A stretch of DNA of 64,000 bases from the NCBI GenBank assembly GCA_964016885.1, contig OZ024754.1, positions 11,160,001 to 11,224,000 on the forward strand, in the 5' to 3' direction. Shown in pieces: positions 30,506 to 43,355 of the stretch. This stretch comes from Eledone cirrhosa (taxonomy: Eukaryota). Position numbers and translations under genes: made by a program. Under the pieces are notes generated by a model. That model was not told the origin of the DNA. It did not search any database and saw nothing but the letters and a program-made list of their open reading frames with translations. Position 1 is the stretch's first letter; each line of letters starts with the position of its first letter.

Positions 30506-31178
30506 ACAGGGTCGATAAAATAAAGTACCAGTAATGCACTGGATAATTGCTGGCCTTGTGCCTAAAGTAGAAACAATTATTATTGTGGATTGGCAGTATC
30601 GGTAGAGGGTCGGACGCCATGCTTTCCAGCATAGTTACGTCCCTTTACGATCTGAGTTCAAATCCCGCTGAGGTTGACTTTGCCTTTCATCCTTACGGGG
30701 TCGATAAAATAAAGTACCAGTAATGCACTGGGTAATTGCTGGCCTTGTGCCTAACGTAGAAACAATTATATGCTTTATAGCATAGTTACGTCCCTTTACG
30801 ATCTGAGTTCAAATCCCGCCGAGGTTGACTTTGCCTTTCATCCTTACGGGGTCGATGAAATAAAGTACCAGTAATGCACTGGGTAATTGCTGGCCTTGTG
30901 CCAAAAGTAGAAACAATTATTATTATATACATTGGATTGGATTGGATTGGCAGTATCGGTAGAGGGTCAGACGCCATGCTTTGCAGCATAGAGTGCGGCC
31001 CTTTACGTTCTGAGTTCAAATCCCGCCCAGGTTAACTTTGCTTTTCGTTATTACGGGGGTCAATAAAATAAAGTACCAGTAATGCACTGGGGTAATTGCT
31101 GACCTTGTGCCAAAAGTAGAAACAATTATTAAGAGTAGTGGATTAGCAGAATCGGTAGAGCATCGGACACAGGCTTCG
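30506..31178 (+). mobile_element. Head-to-tail array of about 5 Nin-domain-like SINE units
   Basis: GTAGAAACAATTA ends recur at ~30580, 30770, 30920 and 31130, with variable 5' completeness. Confidence 0.88.
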
Positions 31179-31371
31179 TACTAAATCGTTCTAAATTTTT
31201 GATTATTTTAATTAGGAATACAATCACTTAAGGGATAATTAAGTAAATTTATAAATACATGAACATGTTTATTTGTACTTATCAGAGATGATAGAAGCAT
31301 ACATTTCTCTTTACACCATAGTTATATCATTACATTTCCTTTTTTTTGTTGTTGTAGTGTTATTTTCTTTC

Positions 31372-31397
31372 CCTCTCTCTCACTCTCTCTCTCTCTA

Positions 31398-31436
<39 letters not shown>

Positions 31437-31666
31437 ACATGTATATATATATATACACACATACATATATATATGTATACACACATATATATATATATAA
31501 ATATATACATACATATATATATATATACAATATTAAACTCTGTATACCGTTTATCTTTCACCGAAAGTGATTTTTCATTACATCTCTTCTTTCCATGATA
31601 TCCGGAATACATTGAGTTCTTCATACGGATTGGACACTACCGTAAACTCTTGGTAGATTTATCTAC

Positions 31667-31715
<49 letters not shown>

Positions 31716-31816
31716 AATATATACATACATACCCAACACCCCACTCTCCAGAGCGTGAAATTAATAAACATTCGTTGTACTGCCTCTCTGTTTTGTCCCT
31801 GTTCAAATTTTTCCAT

Positions 31817-31908
<92 letters not shown>

Positions 31909-32022
31909 AATATATATATACATAATATATATGTATATATATAGTTATATATATATATATGTGTGTGTGTGTATATATATATGTATTTATATATATATAT
32001 TATATATATATATATATATATT
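31372..32022. repeat. (CT)n/(TA)n microsatellite cluster with unique interruptions
   Basis: Direct inspection. Confidence 0.85.
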
Positions 32023-32436
32023 AATAAGAGCTCTGAGTTTTCATCCTCAGTGTATACTGATTAATGTTCAGAGCCATCCTCAGCATTTTCGTGTAGCACC
32101 CATCCACCATCTGAGTGAGTTTCTTGGTCAGTGTCCAAGTCTCAGACCCATACAGCAGCACAAACTCGACTACAGCAATGAAGAGGCGGATTTTCAGGTC
32201 TCTACGAAGGTCCAACTTCCACACCGATCTCAGAGTTGACATTGCACTCAGTGCTCCTTTGGGAGCCCCTACATGGACACACTAGAAGAGGAAGACCAAG
32301 GTTAACGTATGTTGATGCCCTAAGGACAGACACTGGTCTGTTGGAGACGCAGGACATGGCAGCGATAATGAGGAACAGAGACCGCTGGAGAGAACTCGTC
32401 CATGGATCTCGGGAATTTTACCCGCCTTAGATAGAG
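32023..32436 (+). mobile_element. RTE LINE 3' fragment with 5' inversion
   Basis: Minus ORF 32021-32242 (LKIRLF..VVEFVLLYGSETWTLTK...DGCYTKMLRMALN) abuts plus ORF 32236-32430 (VLLWEP..GHTRRGRPRLTYVD...MRNRDRWRELV). Confidence 0.85.
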
Positions 32437-32439
32437 ATT

Positions 32440-32490
32440 GACAGTCAAGTTTGCAATTTTCAACTGTTGAAAATTGCAAACTTGACTGTC
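32440..32490. repeat. Perfect palindrome, 25-bp arms, 1-nt spacer
   Basis: GACAGTCAAGTTTGCAATTTTCAAC-T-GTTGAAAATTGCAAACTTGACTGTC. Confidence 0.95.
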
Positions 32491-32704
32491 ACCACACATT
32501 ATGAACCTGAAGATTGCGAAAGCATGAAAGTACTTGTTCAATTAACACTTAACATTTAATATTCTATCATACTATTTCATTATAATACCATTATAAATTT
32601 TAAAGGATTGTAAATAAAACGAGTAAATCAGACAAAGTTGGAATTCCTCTTATTAATATAATCTTCTATACACAATCATACACACCCGTGTATATTTATC
32701 TATC

Positions 32705-32766
<62 letters not shown>

Positions 32767-32979
32767 TGTATATATATATTTATATATATATATATAGATA
32801 GATAGATAGATATATATATATATATATATCCCCCCCCCCATCCTCCTCTCTCTCTCTCCGCTATTATGATTACAATGAGGCAGTGAATAATGGCTGGCTT
32901 GTTCTTCCTGTCTTCATGGCAACAGTTTTGCAGCCTTGCCTGGAGTGTATATAGATGAAACAGACTGTTATTCTCATTG

Positions 32980-33460
32980 GGAATTTATATAGAAAAGAAA
33001 CATGGACATAAATGAGAGTCGTTATTGCTCAAATTACAGAACAAAGAAATGCCTCAACCTCAACAGTCTTTACTCAATTCTCTTGCCGCTAGATTTATCT
33101 CTAGCAATTGATACAGTGGATAGTGGAATTCCACTATAAGGTTTGCTCAATCATTTATCTACAGGGCTTTGCTTCTAATATAAAAGCCAAGATTAGACTG
33201 ACACAATTAATCAAGTAACAACAGCGGTGTTATCTGTAAAAGTATACCATTGCTTGCTGCTGTTTTAGTAAACATAATATATCTAAACAGCCATACTTTC
33301 AATACATATGGCTATGCATCTAACCATAAATCTCCTAATTCTTTTATTTCACATCTCTCTCCAATTGAAAACATTCAGAAAGGATTTACTCCCTGTCATA
33401 AACAATACTACCAAATGGACAACTATGGTCTCAAATAACACAAAATCAGAATTTTTTCAA
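32980..33460 (+). pseudogene. Ancient L2/CR1-type RT relic
   Basis: ESLLLKLQN...SILLPLDLSLAIDTVDS resembles ETALLKVQN...LVLLDLSAAFDTVDH. Confidence 0.55.
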
Positions 33461-33934
33461 GAGGTAAAAAACTTTGGTGTAATGTGAGATAAATATACGA
33501 TTTTCAATATTTTTCAACCAATAGGGTAGTCACATCTACTCTGCCCTATATAATCAAATATAAATGGAAGCATTTATACAAATGTTTAATATATATGTAC
33601 TGGATCATTACATTTTGAGTTCAAATCCTGCCAAAGTCAACTTTGCTTTCACATTCTGGGGTCAATAAACTAAAGTACCATCCTGTATAACTTATGTCAG
33701 CATGGAAAGATGGATATAACATCAATAGTGATGATGATGATGATGACTGTAGATAACAACTGGATGTGTATAATCTTATGTGCTATATTCGCTCTCTCTC
33801 TGATCGATCGACAAGATCCCAGGCCTCATTCACTTGCGAAGTGGGGTGGACCTCGTCAAATCAGACCAAGGAAACAATGTCTCCATTGGTCTTGCCATTG
33901 CTGCTATCATCTACCGGTTGCAACTCCTAACAGA

Positions 33935-34055
33935 AAGAACAATGTGAAATAAAGTGTCTTGCTCAAGGACACAACATATCACCTGGTCCAAGAATTGAAC
34001 TCACAACCTCACTATGGTTAATCCAACTCTCTAACCACTAAGCCACCTTCACATG
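33935..34055 (-). mobile_element. SINE head fragment (tRNA + CORE-like)
   Basis: AAAGTGTCTTGCTCAAGG...GAATTGAACTC...CTAACCACTAAGCCA. Confidence 0.7.
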
Positions 34056-34296
34056 TTCTATATTATTACTTTTTATTATTGCTCTCAGTACACTCATACA
34101 AATTAAATTCTAATTACAGTCAATCTTACTTAATTCGATGCAGGATAATTAAATGGTTTTGTTAACTGAATAACTTTTCAAAACAGAAAACTGTTTATCA
34201 TTAAATCTATGTAAAGTTCATTGGTCAATTACATATGCAAATAACATCAATTTTCACTAATTGCATAATTTTTTATCATTTTGAGTAAAATGTTGG

Positions 34297-34891
34297 TGAA
34301 CATCATATAGCATTGAACATCATGTAGCATTGAATATCATGTAGGATTGAATATCATGTAGCATTGAACATCATCTAGCATTGAACATCATGTAGCATTG
34401 AATATCATCTAGCATTGAATATCATGTAGCATTGAATATCATGTAGTATTGGACATCATCTAGCATTGAATATCATGTAGCATTGAACATCATGTAGCAT
34501 TGAACATCATGTAGCATTGAACATCATGTAGTATTGAACATCATGTAGGATTGAACATCATCTAGCATTGAATATCATGTAGCATTGAACATCATGTAGC
34601 ATTGAACATCATGTAGGATTGAACATCATGTAGCATTGAACATCATGAAGAATTGAATATCATGTAGCATTGAACATCATCTAGCATTGAATATCATGTA
34701 GCATTGAACATCATGTAGCATTGAACATCATGTAGCATTGAACATTGTGTAGCATTGAACATCATCTAGCATTGAACATCATGTAGCATTGAACATCATC
34801 TAGCATTGAACATTGTGTAGCATTGAACATCATCTAGCATTGAATATCATGTAGCATTGAACATCATCTAGCATTGAATATCATGTAGCAT
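34297..34891. repeat. 17-bp minisatellite (AGCATTGAACATCATGT), resuming at ~35598-35652 after an RTE insertion
   Basis: About 35 tandem units. Confidence 0.92.
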
Positions 34892-35597
34892 AGAAAGAGA
34901 TGAAGCTTGCATGCTCCAATGGATGTGTAATAGTAATATACATGAACGGCAAAGCATAAATGAATTGAGAGAGAGACTAAGGATAAGAGGAATCAAATGC
35001 TGTGTGCAGGAGATGAGGTTACATTGGTATGGATATGTGATGTGTGTGAAGGATGACAGCTGCATAAAAAAGGTACAGAGCACTAAAAGTCGATGAAAAC
35101 CTTGGAGTGGAGAAACCCAAGAAGACCTGCAATGAAATGTTAAAAGCTGACCTTGCACAATTGCACCTCTCAAAGGTGATGACACAGGACCGAGACCTCT
35201 GGAGTCAAGCAGTAATACAGAAGACCCGACTTCCCACGGGCACAAACCAAAGCTGAAGCATATAGACAATATGCCCCCACTCCACCCCTGCCACTGTAAA
35301 GTGGTTGTGTAGGTATCATGACAAAAAAGCACCCAGCCCACACTGTAGAATGGTCGTGTAGGTATCACAACAAAAAGACACCCAGCCCACACTGTAAAGT
35401 AGTTGTGTAGGTGCCACGGTAAAAAAGCACCCAGCACTCACTGTAAATGAGGTTGGTGTTAGGAAGGGCATCCAGCTGTAGAAATCAAGCCAAAATCAGT
35501 TCTGTATAAGCAAGACATGGTCACCTGACCTAGCACTGCCCACAACAAGACAACCCATCAAAACCATGCTAGCGTGGAAGAATGATTCTGATGATGA
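34892..35597 (+). mobile_element. RTE LINE 3' fragment inserted in the minisatellite
   Basis: MLQWMC...ELRERL.IRGI.CCVQEMRLHWYGYV plus a 3'UTR with three ~48-bp internal repeats and a (GAT)n tail. Confidence 0.85.
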
Positions 35598-35653
35598 TTG
35601 AATATCATGTAGCATTGAATATCATGGAATATTGAATATCATGGAGCATTGAC

Positions 35654-35925
35654 CGTTGTGTTCTTGAACAAGACACTTTATTTCACGTTGTTCTAGTTTA
35701 CTCAGCTGTAGAAATGAGTTGTGAAGTCACTGGTGCCACGCTGTATCAGCCTTTGCCTTTCCCTTGGACAACATCGGTGGCGTTGAGAGAGGAAACTGGT
35801 ATACATGGGTAACTGCTGATCTTCTATAAACAATCTTGCCCAGATTTGTACCTCGGGTACTTTCTAGGTACAAATCCCTTGGTCATTTGTAACCGAAGGG
35901 GGGGTCTTTACTTATACCTTTTTAC
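35654..35925 (+). mobile_element. 5'-truncated CORE-like SINE with a different 3' module
   Basis: Shares CTTGAACAAGACACTTTATTTCAC...CTCAGCTGTAGAAATGAG with 5284-5624, then diverges; ends GAAGGGGGGTCTTTAC. Confidence 0.6.
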
Positions 35926-35946
35926 TATGACCTATGACCTGAAGCA

Positions 35947-36296
35947 TATCATCATCATCATGATCATTTCATTTTACGTCCGCTTTTCCCTGCTTGCAAG
36001 GGTGGGACGGGAACTGATTCTGGCTTGATTTCTACAGCTGGATGCCCTTCCTAACACCAACCTCATTTACAGTGAGTGCTGGGTGCTTTTTTGCCGTGGC
36101 ACCTCCACGACCACTTTTCAGTGGAATGATAGGGACCCCAGTCCCTATCATCTCATTTCTACAGCTGAGTAAGCTGGAGCAATGTGAAATAAAGTGTCTT
36201 GCTCAAGGAAACAACACATCACCCGGTCTGAGAATTGAACTCACAACCTTTCGATTGCAAGGCCAATGCTCTAACCACTAAGCCATGTGCCTCCAT
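35947..36296 (-). mobile_element. Full-length tRNA/CORE-like SINE with RTE tail
   Basis: Reverse complement of 5284-5624. Confidence 0.88.
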
Positions 36297-37342
36297 ATAT
36301 CTGTATTATTGATGGAGTAGTTAGTGTACAACAGGAAGACAGAATATTGAATCAAACATTACCATTGAAATTGATTTAAAACATATTTAGCTGCTAGAAT
36401 AACAAATGTCAAAGTTCACTAAGGTGTGATCGAAATTCAAAAAAATGTCAGAAATGCTCAATTCAATAGCTTGATTAAGTTTATCATTATTTTGTTATCT
36501 GGTCATTTTGATGCACAGTAATTAAAGCATTTACAAAATTATACCATTTGTCATATCCAAATAGTTTTAGATTAGTCAATACCTTGAACAGGATTTTATA
36601 ATCTTGCACCAAACACTAAATATTTTGATTATATTTTATCATAACTATATTTTTCTACAAAGAAGATATGAAATATACTATACATACATTCATACATACA
36701 TCGCTATTTCAGAACACCAATACTAATTCCTAATTTTTGCTGGACTGGCAACTGTTCTGTTTAATCAGCTCTTAAACATCACTGGAATTCTATAAGAATC
36801 CAGCTTCTATAAATCCCGGCAGAAGCGAAGGGATAAGCAATCTTGATAACCGCTAATGAGCGAGAAACAGCCGTCGGTTGCTTCCCTTTGTTTTTTGCCG
36901 AGACTAAGTAAGTGACATAGTCACTACTTTAAAACTCATAGCGAATGGTCTTCAAAGTGTTTTTAAATAAACATACAGTATATTATCAAATATACTATAC
37001 ATACATTCATGTATACATCGCTATTTCAGAGCACTGATACTAATATAACTTTAAATTTTCACATGACACTTTTATCTTTATTGAAAAGACTTAATTGAAG
37101 ATTGAAAGTCTATTTAGACATTAAATTCTTAGTTTTTAGAAGGACCTAAAATCAATTATGTTCTTCCTTGCAAAATATTTCTCAAAGGCTGTAACTATAG
37201 TTACCTACTTTCTTTACTTTCGTGTCGTATTCACTTCTAATTATTACAACAAAATAATTAAATGAATTTACCAGCTCAGGACGACCCATCTAACTCATGC
37301 CAGCATGGAAAAAGGACGTTAAACGATGATGATAATGATTAA

Positions 37343-37469
37343 CCCTTTAGCATTTAAACCGGCCATATCCGGTCAGAATTCTCTTACCTTTTTCATGCTA
37401 TTTATTTTGAGAACAATACCTTAACATCAGTATGTGTGACCAGATACAGTCAGCTTAAATGCTAAAGGG
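37343..37469. mobile_element. piggyBac-like MITE (internally deleted)
   Basis: TTAA|CCCTTTAGCATTTAA ... TTAAATGCTAAAGGG. Confidence 0.75.
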
Positions 37470-37604
37470 TTATTCCAACTTTCACAATGTCCCTTCTATT
37501 ACCCTCAAACAATGAATGAACCCCAGAGACAGCTCTGTACTTTTTGTCACCCTCTTTCTTTCTCTGGAAGAAATCAACAACGTTTCAATGGGGAGAGAGA
37601 TGGG

Positions 37605-40600
37605 CTTCTTCTTCTTCTTCTTCTTCTTCTTCTTCATCTTCTTCTTCATCTTCTTCTTGGTCTTCTTCTTCTTCTTCTTCTTCTTCTTCATCTTCTTCTT
37701 CTTGGTCTTCTTCTTCTTCTTCTTCTTGGTCTTCTTCTTCATCTTCTTCTTCTTCTTGGTCTTCTTCTTCTTCTTCTTCTTCTTCTTCTTCTTCTTCATC
37801 TTCTTCTTCTTCTTGGTCTTCTTCTTCTTCTTCTTCATCTTCTTCTTCTTGGTCTTCTTCTTCTTCTTCTTCTTCTTCTTCATCTTCTTCTTCTTCTTGG
37901 TCTTCTTCTTCTTCTTCTTCATCTTCTTCTTCTTCTTGGTCTTCTTCTTCTTCTTCTTCTTCATCTTCTTCTTCTTCTTGGTCTTCTTCTTCTTCTTCTT
38001 CATCTTCTTCTTCTTGGTCTTCTTTTTCTTCTTCTTCTTCTTCTTCATCTTCTTCTACTTCTTGGTCTTCTTATTCTTCTTCTTCTTCTTCATCTTCTTC
38101 TTCTTCTTGGTCTTCTTCTTCTTCTTCTTCTTCTTCATCTTCTTCTTCTTCTTGGTCTTCTTCTTCTTCTTCTTCTTCTTCTTCTTCATCTTCTTCTTCT
38201 TCTTCTTCTTCATCTTCTTCTTCTTCTTGGTCTTCTTCTTCATCTTCTTCTTCTTCTTGGTCTTCTTCTTCTTCTTCTTCTTCTTCATCTTCTTCTTCTT
38301 CTTGGTCTTCTTCTTCTTCTTCTTCTTCATCTTCTTCTTCTTCTTGGTCTTCTTCTTCTTCTTCTTCTTCTTCTTCTTCTTCATCTTCTTCTTCTTCTTC
38401 TTCTTCTTCTTCATCTTCTTCTTCTTCTTGGTCTTCTTCTTCTTCTTCTTCTTCATCTTCTTCTTCTTCTTGGTCTTCTTCTTCATCTACTTCTTCATCT
38501 TCTTCTTCTTCTTGGTCTTCTTCTTCTTCTTCTTCTTCTTCTTCATCTTCTTCTTCTTCTTGGTCTTCTTCTTCATCTTCTTCTTCTTCTTGGTCTTCTT
38601 CTTCTTCATCTTCTTCTTCTTCTTGGTCTTCTTCTTCTTCTTCTTCTTCATCTTCTTCTTCTTCTTGGTCTTCTTCTTCTTCTTCTTCTTCTTCATCTTC
38701 TTCTTCTTCTTGGTCTTCTTCTTCTTCTTCTTCTTCTTCATCTTCTTCTTCTTCTTGGTCTTCTTCTTCTTCTTCTTCTTCTTCATCTTCTTCTTCTTCT
38801 TCTTCTTCTTCATCTTCTTCTTCTTCTTGGTCTTCTTCTTCTTCTTCTTCTTCATCTTCTTCTTCTTCTTGGTCTTCTTCTTCTTCTTCTTCTTCTTCTT
38901 CTTCTTCTTCATCTTCTTCTTCTTCTTGGTCTTCTTCTTCTTCTTCTTCTTCATCTTCTTCTTCTTCTTGGTCTTCTTCTTCTTCTTCTTCTTCATCTTC
39001 TTCTTCTTCTTGGTCTTCTTCTTCTTCTTCTTCTTCTTCATCTTCTTCTACTTCTTGGTCTTCTTATTCTTCTTCTTCTTCTTCATCTTCTTCTTCTTCT
39101 TGGTCTTCTTCTTCTTCTTCTTCTTCTTCATCTTCTTCTTCTTCTTGGTCTTCTTCTTCTTCTTCTTCTTCTTCATCTTCTTCTTCTTCTTCTTCTTCAT
39201 CTTCTTCTTCTTCTTGGTCTTCTTCTTCATCTTCTTCTTCTTCTTGGTCTTCTTCTTCTTCTTCTTCTTCTTCATCTTCTTCTTCTTCTTGGTCTTCTTC
39301 TTCTTCTTCTTCTTCATCTTCTTCTTCTTCTTGGTCTTCTTCTTCTTCTTCTTCTTCTTCATCTTCTTCTTCTTCTTGGTCTTCTTCTTCTTCTTCTTCA
39401 TCTTCTTCTTCTTCTTGGTCTTCTTCTTCTTCTTCTTCATCTTCTTCTTCTTCTTGGTCTTCTTCTTCTTCTTGGTCTTCTTCTTCTTCATCTTCTTCTT
39501 CTTCTTGGTCTTCTTCTTCATCTTCTTCTTCTTCTTGGTCTTCTTCTTCTTCTTCTTCTTCTTCATCTTCTTCTTCTTCTTGGTCTTCTTCTTCTTCTTC
39601 TTCTTCATCTTCTTCTTCTTCTTGGTCTTCTTCTTCTTCTTCTTCTTCTTCATCTTCTTCTTCTTCTTGGTCTTCTTCTTCTTCTTCTTCTTCTTCTTCA
39701 TCTTCTTCTTCTTCTTGGTCTTCTTCTTCTTCTTCTTCTTCTTCATCTTCTTCTTCTTCTTGGTCTTCTTCTTCTTCTTCTTCTTCTTCTTCATCTTCTT
39801 CTTCTTCTTGGTCTTCTTCTTCTTCTTCTTCTTCTTCTTCATCTTCTTCTTCTTCTTGGTCTTCTTCTTCTTCTTCTTCTTCTTCATCTTCTTCTTCTTC
39901 TTGGTCTTCTTCTTCTTCTTCTTCTTCTTCATCTTCTTCTTCTTCTTGGTCTTCTTCTTCTTCTTCTTCATCTTCTTCTTCTTCTTGGTCTTCTTCTTCT
40001 TCTTCTTCATCTTCTTCTTCTTCTTGGTCTTCTTCTTCTTCATCTTCTTCTTCTTCTTGGTCTTCTTCTTCATCTTCTTCTTCTTCTTGGTCTTCTTCTT
40101 CATCTTCTTCTTCTTCTTGGTCTTCTTCTTCTTCTTCTTCTTCATCTTCTTCTTCTTCTTGGTCTTCTTCTTCTTCTTCTTCTTCTTCATCTTCTTCTTC
40201 TTCTTGGTCTTCTTCTTCTTCTTCTTCTTCTTCATCTTCTTCTTCTTCTTGGTCTTCTTCTTCTTCTTCTTCTTCTTCATCTTCTTCTTCTTCTTCTTCT
40301 TCATCTTCTTCTTCTTCTTGGTCTTCTTCTTCATCTTCTTCTTCTTCTTGGTCTTCTTCTTCTTCTTCTTCTTCTTCATCTTCTTCTTCTTCTTGGTCTT
40401 CTTCTTCTTCTTCTTCTTCATCTTCTTCTTCTTCTTGGTCTTCTTCTTCTTCTTCTTCTTCTTCATCTTCTTCTTCTTCTTGGTCTTCTTCTTCTTCTTC
40501 TTCATCTTCTTCTTCTTCTTGGTCTTCTTCTTCTTCTTCTTCATCTTCTTCTTCTTCTTGGTCTTCTTCTTCTTCTTGGTCTTCTTCTTCTTCATCTTCT

Positions 40601-43355
40601 TCTTCTTCTTGGTCTTCTTCTTCATCTTCTTCTTCTTCTTGGTCTTCTTCTTCTTCTTCTTCTTCTTCATCTTCTTCTTCTTCTTGGTCTTCTTCTTCTT
40701 CTTCTTCTTCATCTTCTTCTTCTTCTTGGTCTTCTTCTTCTTCTTCTTCATCTTCTTCTTCTTCTTGGTCTTCTTCTTCTTCTTCTTCTTCTTCATCTTC
40801 TTCTTCTTCTTGGTCTTCTTCTTCTTCTTCTTCTTCTTCATCTTCTTCTTCTTCTTGGTCTTCTTCTTCTTCTTCTTCATCTTCTTCTTCTTCTTGGTCT
40901 TCTTCTTCTTCTTCTTCTTCTTCATCTTCTTCTTCTTCTTGGTCTTCTTCTTCTTCTTCTTCTTCTTCATCTTCTTCTTCTTCTTGGTCTTCTTCTTCTT
41001 CTTCTTCATCTTCTTCTTCTTCTTGGTCTTCTTCTTCTTCTTCTTCATCTTCTTCTTCTTCTTGGTCTTCTTCTTCTTCTTCTTCTTCTTCATCTTCTTC
41101 TTCTTCTTGGTCTTCTTCTTCTTCTTCTTCTTCTTCATCTTCTTCTTCTTCTTGGTCTTCTTCTTCTTCTTCTTCATCTTCTTCTTCTTCTTGGTCTTCT
41201 TCTTCTTCTTCTTCATCTTCTTCTTCTTCTTGGTCTTCTTCTTCTTCTTGGTCTTCTTCTTCTTCATCTTCTTCTTCTTCTTGGTCTTCTTCTTCTTCTT
41301 CTTCATCTTCTTCTTCTTCTTGGTCTTCTTATTCTTCTTCTTCTTCATCTTCTTCTTCTTCTTGGTCTTCTTCTTCTTCTTCTTCATCTTCTTCTTCTTC
41401 TTGGTCTTCTTCTTCTTCTTCTTCTTCTTCATCTTCTTCTTCTTCTTGGTCTTCTTCTTTATCTTCTTCTTCTTGGTCTTCTTCTTCTTCTTCTTCTTCT
41501 TCATCTTCTTCTTCTTCTTGGTCTTCTTCTTCTTCTTCTTCTTCATCTTCTTCTTCTTCTTCTTCTTGGTCTTCTTCTTCTTCTTCATCTTCTTCTTCAT
41601 CTTCTTCTTGGTCTTCTTCTTCTTCTTCTTCTTCATCTTCTTCTTCTTCTTCTTCTTCTTGGTCTTCTTCTTCTTCTTCATCTTCTTCTTCTTCTTCTTC
41701 TTGGTCTTCTTCTTCTTCTTCATCTTCTTCTTCATCTTCTTCTTGGTCTTCTTCTTCTTCTTCTTCTTCTTCATCTTCTTCTTCTTCTTGGTCTTCTTCT
41801 TCTTCTTCTTCTTCATCTTCTTCTTCTTCTTGGTCTTCTTCTTCTTCTTCTTCTTCTTCATCTTCTTCTACTTCTTGGTCTTCTTATTCTTCTTCTTCTT
41901 CTTCATCTTCTTCTTCTTCTTGGTCTTCTTCTTCTTCTTCTTCTTCATCTTCTTCTTCTTCTTGGTCTTCTTCTTCTTCTTCTTCTTCTTCATCTTCTTC
42001 TTCTTCTTCTTCTTCATCTTCTTCTTCTTCTTGGTCTTCTTCTTCATCTTCTTCTTCTTCTTGGTCTTCTTCTTCTTCTTCTTCTTCTTCATCTTCTTCT
42101 TCTTCTTGGTCTTCTTCTTCTTCTTCTTCTTCATCTTCTTCTTCTTCTTGGTCTTCTTCTTCTTCTTCTTCTTCTTCATCTTCTTCTTCTTCTTGGTCTT
42201 CTTCTTCTTCTTCTTCATCTTCTTCTTCTTCTTGGTCTTCTTCTTCTTCTTCTTCTTCATCTTCTTCTTCTTCTTGGTCTTCTTCTTCTTCTTGGTCTTC
42301 TTCTTCTTCATCTTCTTCTTCTTCTTGGTCTTCTTCTTCTTCTTCTTCATCTTCTTCTTCTTCTTGGTCTTCTTATTCTTCTTCTTCTTCATCTTCTTCT
42401 TCTTCTTGGTCTTCTTCTTCTTCTTCTTCATCTTCTTCTTCTTCTTGGTCTTCTTCTTCTTCTTCTTCTTCTTCATCTTCTTCTTCTTCTTGGTCTTCTT
42501 CTTTATCTTCTTCTTCTTGGTCTTCTTCTTCTTCTTCTTCTTCTTCATCTTCTTCTTCTTCTTGGTCTTCTTCTTCTTCTTCTTCTTCATCTTCTTCTTC
42601 TTCTTCTTCTTGGTCTTCTTCTTCTTCTTCATCTTCTTCTTCATCTTCTTCTTGGTCTTCTTCTTCTTCTTCTTCTTCATCTTCTTCTTCTTCTTCTTGG
42701 TCTTCTTCTTCTTCTTCATCTTCTTCTTCTTCTTCTTCTTGGTCTTCTTCTTCTTCTTCATCTTCTTCTTCATCTTCTTCTTGGTCTTCTTCTTCTTCTT
42801 CTTCTTCTTCATCTTCTTCTTCTTCTTGGTCTTCTTCTTCTTCTTCTTCTTCATCTTCTTCTTCTTCTTGGTCTTCTTCTTCTTCTTCATCTTCTTCTTC
42901 ATCTTCTTCTTGGTCTTCTTCTTCTTCTTCTTCTTCTTGGTCTTCTTCTTCTTCTTCTTCTTCATCTTCTTCTTCTTCTTGGTCTTCTTCTTCTTCATCT
43001 TCTTCTTCTTCTTCTTCTTGGTCTTCTTCTTCTTCTTCATCTTCTTCTTCATCTTCTTCTTGGTCTTCTTCTTCTTCTTCTTCTTCTTCATCTTCTTCTT
43101 CTTCTTGGTCTTCTTCTTCTTCTTCATCTTCTTCTTCTTCTTGGTCTTCTTCTTCTTCTTCATCTTCTTCTTCATCTTCTTCTTGGTCTTCTTCTTCTTC
43201 TTCTTCTTCTTGGTCTTCTTCTTCTTCTTCTTCATCTTCTTCTTCTTCTTGGTCTTCTTCTTCTTCTTCATCTTCTTCTTCTTCTTCTTCTTGGTCTTCT
43301 TCTTCTTCTTCATCTTCTTCTTCATCTTCTTCTTGGTCTTCTTCTTCTTCTTCTT
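37605..43355 (-). repeat. 5.75-kb (GAA)n-based satellite with GAT and GACCAA interruptions; expanded RTE 3' tail
   Basis: (TTC)n punctuated by ATC and TTGGTC on +; directly abuts TGCCCACTTATTCC, the LINE 3' end. Confidence 0.92.
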
